From positions 14,136,001-14,200,000 of the forward strand of contig OZ024756.1 of NCBI GenBank assembly GCA_964016885.1: a DNA stretch of 64,000 bases, given 5' to 3'. The stretch comes from Eledone cirrhosa. Taxonomy: Eukaryota. A program made the translations under genes and the position numbers. The notes under the pieces were generated by a model that worked only from the letters and a program-made list of their open reading frames with translations, was not told the origin of the DNA and did no database searches. This document shows positions 12,938 through 26,700 of this stretch, one piece after another. Each line of letters starts with the position of its first letter. The first letter of the stretch is position 1.

Positions 12938-14128
12938 TCGATTTGTTCTTAGAGAAAGAAGACGAGGGTTTTATAGATGGAATGTTGTTACTGTTGGACA
13001 CTTTGGGTGTGGTTGAAGCAGTATTACTACTGCTGCCATCTGTTGGCGATTTAGTCTGCTTCTGGCGATTACTGTCGCTCAAGCCTGTTGTGTAAATGGT
13101 GGAACACGAAGTGTTGGAGGCTGAAGTTGGCTCGGTACAGACAGGGTATGAGAAAGGAATGGAAAATACAGTACCTGGTTGTAGAATAAACGACCGGCTG
13201 CTGCTGACGAGGTTTTCGGAGTTCAGTTCTCGTGACCGACAGCTCTTGCTGCTACTAGATGTTTCAATGAAAGGGTCCTTGTGGCATGGGGCACCACTTT
13301 CATTATGGTTTGAATCATGAGAATCAATCAGATTCTGGTCCTCATTCCCATGCTCAACATCAATATAGATCTCGCTCGGGTACTTACGGTTCTTTGAAAC
13401 GGTTTGAATTCGGTTGACCCCACCAAAACCTCTACTATGAGAATATTTCCCGTAGCCGAGCTGACTGCGACTCAGGTAATACTGGGGACCACTGAAAAGT
13501 CTCTTACGACCAATCCTGGCGTCACTTCGGTGAATACTTCTCTCTTTGAAGGCCCCTTCTGTTATGTTGTGAGATGACTCAATGTGTTGCTTACGTTTCT
13601 TTGGAAGTACCGAACTGCAGCACTGCATTTCTTGAGAATTCGCAGAACAGTTTTTTTTGTTGTCATGGTTGTGATTATTGCTGTGGTTGTTGTCATTGTT
13701 ATTGTTGTTGTGGCTGTTGTCATTGTTATTGTTGTTGTGGTTGTTGTCATTGTTATTGTTGTTGTGGTTGTTGTCATTGTTGTTGTTGTTGCTAATGTTA
13801 GGAAACAGATTTAAAGATGGAGTTTCAGATAATTCTTCGTCAGTAACTTCCTGTTTGAGGGAAATAACTTCTGGCAGAACAGCCTCTTCCACTTCTCTGT
13901 TCTCCTTTTCAAGAGAGCTGCTATTATTTATATTATTATTATTGTTGTTGCTGTTGCTACTGGCTACCACACTGATGGTTGTAACACCAGTGCGACTCTC
14001 ACAGACCTGTTGGTTGACATCGAAAAATATTTTGAATTTGTGTGTGAACTGTGCATGTTGCAGCATCTCCCAAGCAGACAAGAATGCCTTCGTGCATGAT
14101 GAACAGTATAACTGGCGACCAAGTGCAT
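12614..14128 (-). CDS. Large internal exon of BCL11/CTIP-related C2H2 zinc-finger transcription factor
   Basis: ttgcag|AT GCA...CAC ACA G|gtaaat, 1515 bp open. Begins (D)ALGRQLYCSSCTKAFLSAWEMLQHAQFTHKFKIF, which resembles BCL11 finger 1 (C..C...F.SAW.LLQHAQ.TH). Contains poly-N and poly-S tracts and ends with FKCDQCDHAFNQRIHLKKHLSKHT. Confidence 0.93.
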
Positions 14129-14454
14129 CTGCAATGAATATAAAGAGGAAATAAGTTTAATCTTTTTGATAGAAAACCACCCTGAAGCCACCCCTCGGTC
14201 TATGGTACAAAATTGTTTGTTTTAAAGTGTATATATCTATCTACAAACATTCCATTATGAATTTATGTAAGAACCTTTGTTAAGTTATGTTCCAAATTCC
14301 AGCTTAATCCTTTTGATATTGAACTACCTGAAACCACCCACTGGTTCTACAACATAAAATTTTTTATTTTTAAAGTCTCCTATATTTATTAAAAAAAACA
14401 TTCCATTACAGTTTTATGGAAGAACCCCAGTTATGTTTCCAACAGCAGCTAAAT

Positions 14455-14646
14455 AATTGTTTCTACTTTTGGCACAAGGCCAGCAATCATCCAGTGAATT
14501 ACTGGTACTTTATTTTATCGACCCCTGTAAGGATGAAAGGCAAAGTTAACCGCGGCGGGATTTGAACTCAGAATGGCAAGGGCTGTAACTCTATGCGTCA
14601 AAGCATGACGTCCGACCCTCTACCGATACTGTCAATCCGCCGCCTT
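14455..14646 (-). mobile_element. SINE family B inserted in a MITE-like repeat
   Basis: Full copy matching 869-1050 in reverse. The flanking sequence AACAGCAGCT appears on both sides, consistent with a target-site duplication. Confidence 0.8.
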
Positions 14647-14733
14647 AATCAACAGCAGCTTAATAATGAGAGAAATTAGTCATATTATTAAATCCCTCCA
14701 AATTCTTGATTGTTTTGAAAATGATTTGAAACT

Positions 14734-17700
14734 CATAGGCAGTGTCTTTCATTACACATTATCCTCATCATTGTTGTCTTAAAGACATAGGCAGTGTCTT
14801 TCATTACACATTATCCTCATCATTGTTGTCTTAAAGACATAGGCAGTGTCTTTCATTACACATCACCCTCATCATTGTTGTCTTAAAGACATAGGCAGTG
14901 TCTTTCATTACACATCATCCTCATCATTGTTGTCTTAAAGACATAGGCAGTGTCTTTCATTACACATCACCCTCATCATTGTTGTCTTAAAGACATAGGC
15001 AGTGTCTTTCATTACACGTTATCCTCATCATTGTTTTCTTAAAGACATAGGCAGTGTCTTTCATTACACATCACCCTCATCATTGTTGTCTTAAAGACAT
15101 AGGCAGTGTCTTTCATTACACATCACCCTCATCATTGTTGTCTTAAAGACATAGGCAGTGTCTTTCATTACACATTATCCTCATCATTGTTGTCTTAAAG
15201 ACATAGGCAGTGTCTTTCATTACACATCACCCTCATCATTGTTGTCTTAAAGACATAGGCAGTGTCTTTCATTACACATCACCCTCATCATTGTTGTCTT
15301 AAAGACATAGGCAGTGTCTTTCATTACACATTATCCTCATCATTGTTGTCTTAAAGACATAGGCAGTGTCTTTCATTACACATCATCCTCATCATTGTTG
15401 TCTTAAAGACATAGGCAGTGTCTTTCATTACACATCACCCTCATCATTGTTGTCTTAAAGACATAGGCAGTGTCTTTCATTACACGTTATCCTCATCATT
15501 GTTTTCTTAAAGACATAGGCAGTGTCTTTCATTACACATCACCCTCATCATTGTTGTCTTAAAGACATAGGCAGTGTCTTTCATTACACATCACCCTCAT
15601 CATTGTTGTCTTAAAGACATAGGCAGTGTCTTTCATTACACATTATCCTCATCATTGTTGTCTTAAAGACATAGGCAGTGTCTTTCATTACACATCACCC
15701 TCATCATTGTTGTCTTAAAGACATAGGCAGTGTCTTTCATTACACATCACCCTCATCATTGTTGTCTTAAAGACATAGGCAGTGTCTTTCATTACACATT
15801 ATCCTCATCATTGTTGTCTTAAAGACATAGGCAGTGTCTTTCATTACACATCATCCTCATCATTGTTGTCTTAAAGACATAGGCAGTGTCTTTCATTACA
15901 CATCACCCTCATCATTGTTGTCTTAAAGACATAGGCAGTGTCTTTCATTACACGTTATCCTCATCATTGTTTTCTTAAAGACATAGGCAGTGTCTTTCAT
16001 TACACATCACCCTCATCATTGTTGTCTTAAAGACATAGGCAGTGTCTTTCATTACACATCACCCTCATCATTGTTGTCTTAAAGACATAGGCAGTGTCTT
16101 TCATTACACATTATCCTCATCATTGTTGTCTTAAAGACATAGGCAGTGTCTTTCATTACACATTATCCTCATCATTGTTGTCTTAAAGACATAGGCAGTG
16201 TCTTTCATTACACATCATCCTCATCATTGTTGTCTTAAAGACATAGGCAGTGTCTTTCATTACACATTATCCTCATCATTGTTGTCTTAAAGACATAGGC
16301 AGTGTCTTTCATTACACATCACCCTCATCATTGTTGTCTTAAAGACATAGGCAGTGTCTTTCATTACACATCATCCTCATCATTGTTGTCTTAAAGACAT
16401 AGGCAGTGTCTTTCATTACACATTATCCTCATCATTGTTGTCTTAAAGACATAGGCAGTGTCTTTCATTACACATCATCCTCATCATTGTTGTCTTAAAG
16501 ACATAGGCAGTGTCTTTCATTACACATCATCCTCATCATTGTTGTCTTAAAGACATAGGCAGTGTCTTTCATTACACATCATCCTCATCATTGTTGTCTT
16601 AAAGACATAGGCAGTGTCTTTCATTACACATCATCCTCATCATTGTTGACTTAAAGACATAGGCAGTGTCTTTCATTACACATCATCCTCATCATTGTTG
16701 TCTTAAAGACATAGGCAGTGTCTTTCATTACACATCATCCTCATCATTGTTGACTTAAAGACATAGGCAGTGTCTTTCATTACACATCACCCTCATCATT
16801 GTTGACTTAAAGACATAGGCAGTGTCTTTCATTACACATCACCCTCATCATTGTTGACTTAAAGACATAGGCAGTGTCTTTCATTACACATCACCCTCAT
16901 CATTGTTGTCTTAAAGACATAGGCAGTGTCTTTCATTACACATTATCCTCATCATTGTTGACTTAAAGACATAGGCAGTGTCTTTCATTACACATCACCC
17001 TCATCATTGTTGTCTTAAAGACATAGGCAGTGTCTTTCATTACACATTATCCTCATCATTGTTGACTTAAAGACATAGGCAGTGTCTTTCATTACACATC
17101 ACCCTCATCATTGTTGACTTAAAGACATAGGCAGTGTCTTTCATTACACATCACCCTCATCATTGTTGACTTAAAGACATAGGCAGTGTCTTTCATTACA
17201 CATCACCCTCATCATTGTTGTCTTAAAGACATAGGCAGTGTCTTTCATTACACATTATCCTCATCATTGTTGACTTAAAGACATAGGCAGTGTCTTTCAT
17301 TACACATCACCCTCATCATTGTTGTCTTAAAGACATAGGCAGTGTCTTTCATTACACATTATCCTCATCATTGTTGACTTAAAGACATAGGCAGTGTCTT
17401 TCATTACACATCACCCTCATCATTGTTGTCTTAAAGACATAGGCAGTGTCTTTCATTACACATCACCCTCATCATTGTTGACTTAAAGACATAGGCAGTG
17501 TCTTTCATTACACATCACCCTCATCATTGTTGTCTTAAAGACATAGGCAGTGTCTTTCATTACACATCACCCTCATCATTGTTGACTTAAAGACATAGGC
17601 AGTGTCTTTCATTACACATCACCCTCATCATTGTTGACTTAAAGACATAGGCAGTGTCTTTCATTACACATCACCCTCATCATTGTTGTCTTAAAGACAT

Positions 17701-20700
17701 AGGCAGTGTCTTTCATTACACATCATCCTCATCATTGTTGACTTAAAGACATAGGCAGTGTCTTTCATTACACATCACCCTCATCATTGTTGACTTAAAG
17801 ACATAGGCAGTGTCTTTCATTACACATTATCCTCATCATTGTTGTCTTAAAGACATAGGCAGTGTCTTTCATTACACATCATCCTCATCATTGTTGACTT
17901 AAAGACATAGGCAGTGTCTTTCATTACACATTATCCTCATCATTGTTGTCTTAAAGACATAGGCAGTGTCTTTCATTACACATCACCCTCATCATTGTTG
18001 TCTTAAAGACATAGGCAGTGTCTTTCATTACACATTATCCTCATCATTGTTGTCTTAAAGACATAGGCAGTGTCTTTCATTACACATCACCCTCATCATT
18101 GTTGTCTTAAAGACATAGGCAGTGTCTTTCATTACACATCATCCTCATCATTGTTGTCTTAAAGACATAGGCAGTGTCTTTCATTACACATCACCCTCAT
18201 CATTGTTGTCTTAAAGACATAGGCAGTGTCTTTCATTACACATTATCCTCATCATTGTTGTCTTAAAGACATAGGCAGTGTCTTTCATTACACATTATCC
18301 TCATCATTGTTGTCTTAAAGACATAGGCAGTGTCTTTCATTACACATCACCCTCATCATTGTTGTCTTAAAGACATAGGCAGTGTCTTTCATTACACATC
18401 ATCCTCATCATTGTTGTCTTAAAGACATAGGCAGTGTCTTTCATTACACATTATCCTCATCATTGTTGTCTTAAAGACATAGGCAGTGTCTTTCATTACA
18501 CATTATCCTCATCATTGTTGTCTTAAAGACATAGGCAGTGTCTTTCATTACACATCATCCTCATCATTGTTGTCTTAAAGACATAGGCAGTGTCTTTCAT
18601 TACACATTATCCTCATCATTGTTGTCTTAAAGACATAGGCAGTGTCTTTCATTACACATCACCCTCATCATTGTTGTCTTAAAGACATAGGCAGTGTCTT
18701 TCATTACACATCATCCTCATCATTGTTTTCTTAAAGACATAGGCAGTGTCTTTCATTACACGTTATCCTCATCATTGTTGTCTTAAAGACATAGGCAGTG
18801 TCTTTCATTACACATCATCCTCATCATTGTTGTCTTAAAGACATAGGCAGTGTCTTTCATTACACATAACCCTCATCATTGTTGTCTTAAAGACATAGGC
18901 AGTGTCTTTCATTACACATCACCCTCATCATTGTTGTCTTAAAGACATAGGCAGTGTCTTTCATTACACATCACCCTCATCATTGTTTTCTTAAAGACAT
19001 AGGCAGTGTCTTTCATTACACATCATCCTCATCATTGTTGTCTTAAAGACATAGGCAGTGTCTTTCATTACACATCACCCTCATCATTGTTGTCTTAAAG
19101 ACATAGGCAGTGTCTTTCATTACACATAACCCTCATCATTGTTGTCTTAAAGACATAGGCAGTGTCTTTCATTACACATCATCCTCATCATTGTTGTCTT
19201 AAAGACATAGGCAGTGTCTTTCATTACACATAACCCTCATCATTGTTGTCTTAAAGACATAGGCAGTGTCTTTCATTACACATCATCCTCATCATTGTTG
19301 TCTTAAAGACATAGGCAGTGTCTTTCATTACACATTATCCTCATCATTGTTGTCTTAAAGACATAGGCAGTGTCTTTCATTACACATCACCCTCATCATT
19401 GTTGTCTTAAAGACATAGGCAGTGTCTTTCATTACACATCATCCTCATCATTGTTGTCTTAAAGACATAGGCAGTGTCTTTCATTACACATCATCCTCAT
19501 CATTGTTGTCTTAAAGACATAGGCAGTGTCTTTCATTACACATTATCCTCATCATTGTTGTCTTAAAGACATAGGCAGTGTCTTTCATTACACATCATCC
19601 TCATCATTGTTGTCTTAAAGACATAGGCAGTGTCTTTCATTACACATCATCCTCATCATTGTTGTCTTAAAGACATAGGCAGTGTCTTTCATTACACATC
19701 ATCCTCATCATTGTTGTCTTAAAGACATAGGCAGTGTCTTTCATTACACATCATCCTCATCATTGTTGTCTTAAAGACATAGGCAGTGTCTTTCATTACA
19801 CATTATCCTCATCATTGTTGTCTTAAAGACATAGGCAGTGTCTTTCATTACACATCACCCTCATCATTGTTGTCTTAAAGACATAGGCAGTGTCTTTCAT
19901 TACACATCATCCTCATCATTGTTGTCTTAAAGACATAGGCAGTGTCTTTCATTACACATCATCCTCATCATTGTTGTCTTAAAGACATAGGCAGTGTCTT
20001 TCATTACACATTATCCTCATCATTGTTGTCTTAAAGACATAGGCAGTGTCTTTCATTACACATCATCCTCATCATTGTTGTCTTAAAGACATAGGCAGTG
20101 TCTTTCATTACACATCATCCTCATCATTGTTGTCTTAAAGACATAGGCAGTGTCTTTCATTACACATCATCCTCATCATTGTTGTCTTAAAGACATAGGC
20201 AGTGTCTTTCATTACACATCATCCTCATCATTGTTGTCTTAAAGACATAGGCAGTGTCTTTCATTACACATCATCCTCATCATTGTTGTCTTAAAGACAT
20301 AGGCAGTGTCTTTCATTACACATTATCCTCATCATTGTTGTCTTAAAGACATAGGCAGTGTCTTTCATTACACATCATCCTCATCATTGTTGTCTTAAAG
20401 ACATAGGCAGTGTCTTTCATTACACATTATCCTCATCATTGTTGTCTTAAAGACATAGGCAGTGTCTTTCATTACACATTATCCTCATCATTGTTGTCTT
20501 AAAGACATAGGCAGTGTCTTTCATTACACATTATCCTCATCATTGTTGTCTTAAAGACATAGGCAGTGTCTTTCATTACACATTATCCTCATCATTGTTG
20601 TCTTAAAGACATAGGCAGTGTCTTTCATTACACATCATCCTCATCATTGTTGTCTTAAAGACATAGGCAGTGTCTTTCATTACACATTATCCTCATCATT

Positions 20701-23700
20701 GTTGTCTTAAAGACATAGGCAGTGTCTTTCATTACACATTATCCTCATCATTGTTGTCTTAAAGACATAGGCAGTGTCTTTCATTACACATTATCCTCAT
20801 CATTGTTTTCTTAAAGACATAGGCAGTGTCTTTCATTACACATTATCCTCATCATTGTTGTCTTAAAGACATAGGCAGTGTCTTTCATTACACATTATCC
20901 TCATCATTGTTGTCTTAAAGACATAGGCAGTGTCTTTCATTACACATTATCCTCATCATTGTTGTCTTAAAGACATAGGCAGTGTCTTTCATTACACATT
21001 ATCCTCATCATTGTTGTCTTAAAGACATAGGCAGTGTCTTTCATTACACATTATCCTCATCATTGTTGACTTAAAGACATAGGCAGTGTCTTTCATTACA
21101 CATTATCCTCATCATTGTTGTCTTAAAGACATAGGCAGTGTCTTTCATTACACATTATCCTCATCATTGTTGTCTTAAAGACATAGGCAGTGTCTTTCAT
21201 TACACATTATCCTCATCATTGTTGACTTAAAGACATAGGCAGTGTCTTTCATTACACATTATCCTCATCATTGTTGTCTTAAAGACATAGGCAGTGTCTT
21301 TCATTACACATTATCCTCATCATTGTTTTCTTAAAGACATAGGCAGTGTCTTTCATTACACATTATCCTCATCATTGTTGTCTTAAAGACATAGGCAGTG
21401 TCTTTCATTACACATCACCCTCATCATTGTTGTCTTAAAGACATAGGCAGTGTCTTTCATTACACATTATCCTCATCATTGTTGTCTTAAAGACATAGGC
21501 AGTGTCTTTCATTACACATTATCCTCATCATTGTTGTCTTAAAGACATAGGCAGTGTCTTTCATTACACATTATCCTCATCATTGTTGTCTTAAAGACAT
21601 AGGCAGTGTCTTTCATTACACATAACCCTCATCATTGTTTTCTTAAAGACATAGGCAGTGTCTTTCATTACACATCATCCTCATCATTGTTGTCTTAAAG
21701 ACATAGGCAGTGTCTTTCATTACACATCATCCTCATCATTGTTGTCTTAAAGACATAGGCAGTGTCTTTCATTACACATCATCCTCATCATTGTTGTCTT
21801 AAAGACATAGGCAGTGTCTTTCATTACACATCATCCTCATCATTGTTGTCTTAAAGACATAGGCAGTGTCTTTCATTACACATCATCCTCATCATTGTTT
21901 TCTTAAAGACATAGGCAGTGTCTTTCATTACACATTATCCTCATCATTGTTGTCTTAAAGACATAAGCAGTGTCTTTCATTACACATCACCCTCATCATT
22001 GTTTTCTTAAAGACATAGGCAGTGTCTTTCATTACACATCATCCTCATCATTGTTGTCTTAAAGACATAGGCAGTGTCTTTCATTACACATCATCCTCAT
22101 CATTGTTGTCTTAAAGACATAGGCAGTGTCTTTCATTACACATCATCCTCATCATTGTTTTCTTAAAGACATAGGCAGTGTCTTTCATTACACATTATCC
22201 TCATCATTGTTGTCTTAAAGACATAAGCAGTGTCTTTCATTACACATCACCCTCATCATTGTTTTCTTAAAGACATAGGCAGTGTCTTTCATTACACATC
22301 ACCCTCATCATTGTTGTCTTAAAGACATAGGCAGTGTCTTTCATTACACATCATCCTCATCATTGTTGTCTTAAAGACATAGGCAGTGTCTTTCATTACA
22401 CATTATCCTCATCATTGTTGTCTTAAAGACATAGGCAGTGTCTTTCATTACACATCATCCTCATCATTGTTGTCTTAAAGACATAGGCAGTGTCTTTCAT
22501 TACACATCATCCTCATCATTGTTGTCTTAAAGACATAGGCAGTGTCTTTCATTACACATCATCCTCATCATTGTTGTCTTAAAGACATAGGCAGTGTCTT
22601 TCATTACACATTATCCTCATCATTGTTGTCTTAAAGACATAGGCAGTGTCTTTCATTACACATCATCCTCATCATTGTTGTCTTAAAGACATAGGCAGTG
22701 TCTTTCATTACACATCATCCTCATCATTGTTGTCTTAAAGACATAGGCAGTGTCTTTCATTACACATCATCCTCATCATTGTTGTCTTAAAGACATAGGC
22801 AGTGTCTTTCATTACACATCATCCTCATCATTGTTGTCTTAAAGACATAGGCAGTGTCTTTCATTACACATCATCCTCATCATTGTTGTCTTAAAGACAT
22901 AGGCAGTGTCTTTCATTACACATCATCCTCATCATTGTTGTCTTAAAGACATAGGCAGTGTCTTTCATTACACATCATCCTCATCATTGTTGTCTTAAAG
23001 ACATAGGCAGTGTCTTTCATTACACATCATCCTCATCATTGTTGTCTTAAAGACATAGGCAGTGTCTTTCATTACACATTATCCTCATCATTGTTGTCTT
23101 AAAGACATAGGCAGTGTCTTTCATTACACATCATCCTCATCATTGTTGTCTTAAAGACATAGGCAGTGTCTTTCATTACACATCATCCTCATCATTGTTG
23201 TCTTAAAGACATAGGCAGTGTCTTTCATTACACATCACCCTCATCATTGTTGTCTTAAAGACATAGGCAGTGTCTTTCATTACACATCACCCTCATCATT
23301 GTTGTCTTAAAGACATAAGCAGTGTCTTTCATTACACATCATCCTCATCATTGTTTTCTTAAAGACATAGGCAGTGTCTTTCATTACACATCACCCTCAT
23401 CATTGTTGTCTTAAAGACATAGGCAGTGTCTTTCATTACACATAACCCTCATCATTGTTTTCTTAAAGACATAGGCAGTGTCTTTCATTACACATCACCC
23501 TCATCATTGTTGTCTTAAAGACATAGGCAGTGTCTTTCATTACACATCATCCTCATCATTGTTTTCTTAAAGACATAGGCAGTGTCTTTCATTACACATC
23601 ACCCTCATCATTGTTGTCTTAAAGACATAAGCAGTGTCTTTCATTACACATCATCCTCATCATTGTTTTCTTAAAGACATAGGCAGTGTCTTTCATTACA

Positions 23701-26700
23701 CATCACCCTCATCATTGTTGTCTTAAAGACATAAGCAGTGTCTTTCATTACACATTATCCTCATCATTGTTGTCTTAAAGACATAGGCAGTGTCTTTCAT
23801 TACACATAACCCTCATCATTGTTGTCTTAAAGACATAGGCAGTGTCTTTCATTACACATTATCCTCATCATTGTTGTCTTAAAGACATAGGCAGTGTCTT
23901 TCATTACACATCATCCTCATCATTGTTGTCTTAAAGACATAGGCAGTGTCTTTCATTACACATAACCCTCATCATTGTTGTCTTAAAGACATAGGCAGTG
24001 TCTTTCATTACACATTATCCTCATCATTGTTGTCTTAAAGACATAGGCAGTGTCTTTCATTACACATCATCCTCATCATTGTTGTCTTAAAGACATAGGC
24101 AGTGTCTTTCATTACACATCATCCTCATCATTGTTGTCTTAAAGACATAGGCAGTGTCTTTCATTACACATCATCCTCATCATTGTTGTCTTAAAGACAT
24201 AGGCAGTGTCTTTCATTACACATCATCCTCATCATTGTTGTCTTAAAGACATAGGCAGTGTCTTTCATTACACATCATCCTCATCATTGTTGTCTTAAAG
24301 ACATAGGCAGTGTCTTTCATTACACATCATCCTCATCATTGTTGTCTTAAAGACATAAGCAGTGTCTTTCATTACACATCACCCTCATCATTGTTGTCTT
24401 AAAGACATAGGCAGTGTCTTTCATTACACATCATCCTCATCATTGTTGTCTTAAAGACATAGGCAGTGTCTTTCATTACACATCACCCTCATCATTGTTG
24501 TCTTAAAGACATAGGCAGTGTCTTTCATTACACATTATCCTCATCATTGTTGTCTTAAAGACATAGGCAGTGTCTTTCATTACACATCACCCTCATCATT
24601 GTTGTCTTAAAGACATAGGCAGTGTCTTTCATTACACATTATCCTCATCATTGTTGTCTTAAAGACATAGGCAGTGTCTTTCATTACACATCATCCTCAT
24701 CATTGTTGTCTTAAAGACATAGGCAGTGTCTTTCATTACACATCATCCTCATCATTGTTGTCTTAAAGACATAGGCAGTGTCTTTCATTACACATCATCC
24801 TCATCATTGTTGTCTTAAAGACATAGGCAGTGTCTTTCATTACACATCACCCTCATCATTGTTGTCTTAAAGACATAGGCAGTGTCTTTCATTACACATC
24901 ACCCTCATCATTGTTGTCTTAAAGACATAGGCAGTGTCTTTCATTACACATCACCCTCATCATTGTTGTCTTAAAGACATAGGCAGTGTCTTTCATTACA
25001 CATTATCCTCATCATTGTTGTCTTAAAGACATAGGCAGTGTCTTTCATTACACATCATCCTCATCATTGTTGTCTTAAAGACATAGGCAGTGTCTTTCAT
25101 TACACATTATCCTCATCATTGTTGTCTTAAAGACATAGGCAGTGTCTTTCATTACACATAACCCTCATCATTGTTGTCTTAAAGACATAGGCAGTGTCTT
25201 TCATTACACATTATCCTCATCATTGTTGTCTTAAAGACATAGGCAGTGTCTTTCATTACACATAACCCTCATCATTGTTGTCTTAAAGACATAGGCAGTG
25301 TCTTTCATTACACATTATCCTCATCATTGTTGTCTTAAAGACATAGGCAGTGTCTTTCATTACACATCACCCTCATCATTGTTGTCTTAAAGACATAGGC
25401 AGTGTCTTTCATTACACATAACCCTCATCATTGTTGTCTTAAAGACATAGGCAGTGTCTTTCATTACACATTATCCTCATCATTGTTGTCTTAAAGACAT
25501 AGGCAGTGTCTTTCATTACACATCATCCTCATCATTGTTGTCTTAAAGACATAGGCAGTGTCTTTCATTACACATTATCCTCATCATTGTTGTCTTAAAG
25601 ACATAGGCAGTGTCTTTCATTACACATAACCCTCATCATTGTTGTCTTAAAGACATAGGCAGTGTCTTTCATTACACATTATCCTCATCATTGTTGTCTT
25701 AAAGACATAGGCAGTGTCTTTCATTACACATCATCCTCATCATTGTTGTCTTAAAGACATAGGCAGTGTCTTTCATTACACATTATCCTCATCATTGTTG
25801 TCTTAAAGACATAGGCAGTGTCTTTCATTACACATAACCCTCATCATTGTTGTCTTAAAGACATAGGCAGTGTCTTTCATTACACATCACCCTCATCATT
25901 GTTGTCTTAAAGACATAGGCAGTGTCTTTCATTACACATCATCCTCATCATTGTTGTCTTAAAGACATAGGCAGTGTCTTTCATTACACATCATCCTCAT
26001 CATTGTTGTCTTAAAGACATAGGCAGTGTCTTTCATTACACATCACCCTCATCATTGTTGTCTTAAAGACATAGGCAGTGTCTTTCATTACACATCACCC
26101 TCATCATTGTTGTCTTAAAGACATAGGCAGTGTCTTTCATTACACATCACCCTCATCATTGTTGTCTTAAAGACATAGGCAGTGTCTTTCATTACACATT
26201 ATCCTCATCATTGTTGTCTTAAAGACATAGGCAGTGTCTTTCATTACACATTATCCTCATCATTGTTGTCTTAAAGACATAGGCAGTGTCTTTCATTACA
26301 CATCACCCTCATCATTGTTGTCTTAAAGACATAGGCAGTGTCTTTCATTACACATTATCCTCATCATTGTTGTCTTAAAGACATAGGCAGTGTCTTTCAT
26401 TACACATCATCCTCATCATTGTTGTCTTAAAGACATAGGCAGTGTCTTTCATTACACATTATCCTCATCATTGTTGTCTTAAAGACATAGGCAGTGTCTT
26501 TCATTACACATAACCCTCATCATTGTTGTCTTAAAGACATAGGCAGTGTCTTTCATTACACATTATCCTCATCATTGTTGTCTTAAAGACATAGGCAGTG
26601 TCTTTCATTACACATAACCCTCATCATTGTTGTCTTAAAGACATAGGCAGTGTCTTTCATTACACATTATCCTCATCATTGTTGTCTTAAAGACATAGGC

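Noticed and set aside
12549-14081. ORF-track limits taken as a single-exon 510-aa gene
   Set aside because: Splice signals and finger motifs place the exon at 12614-14128. The ORF start truncates a zinc finger and its tail is intronic.
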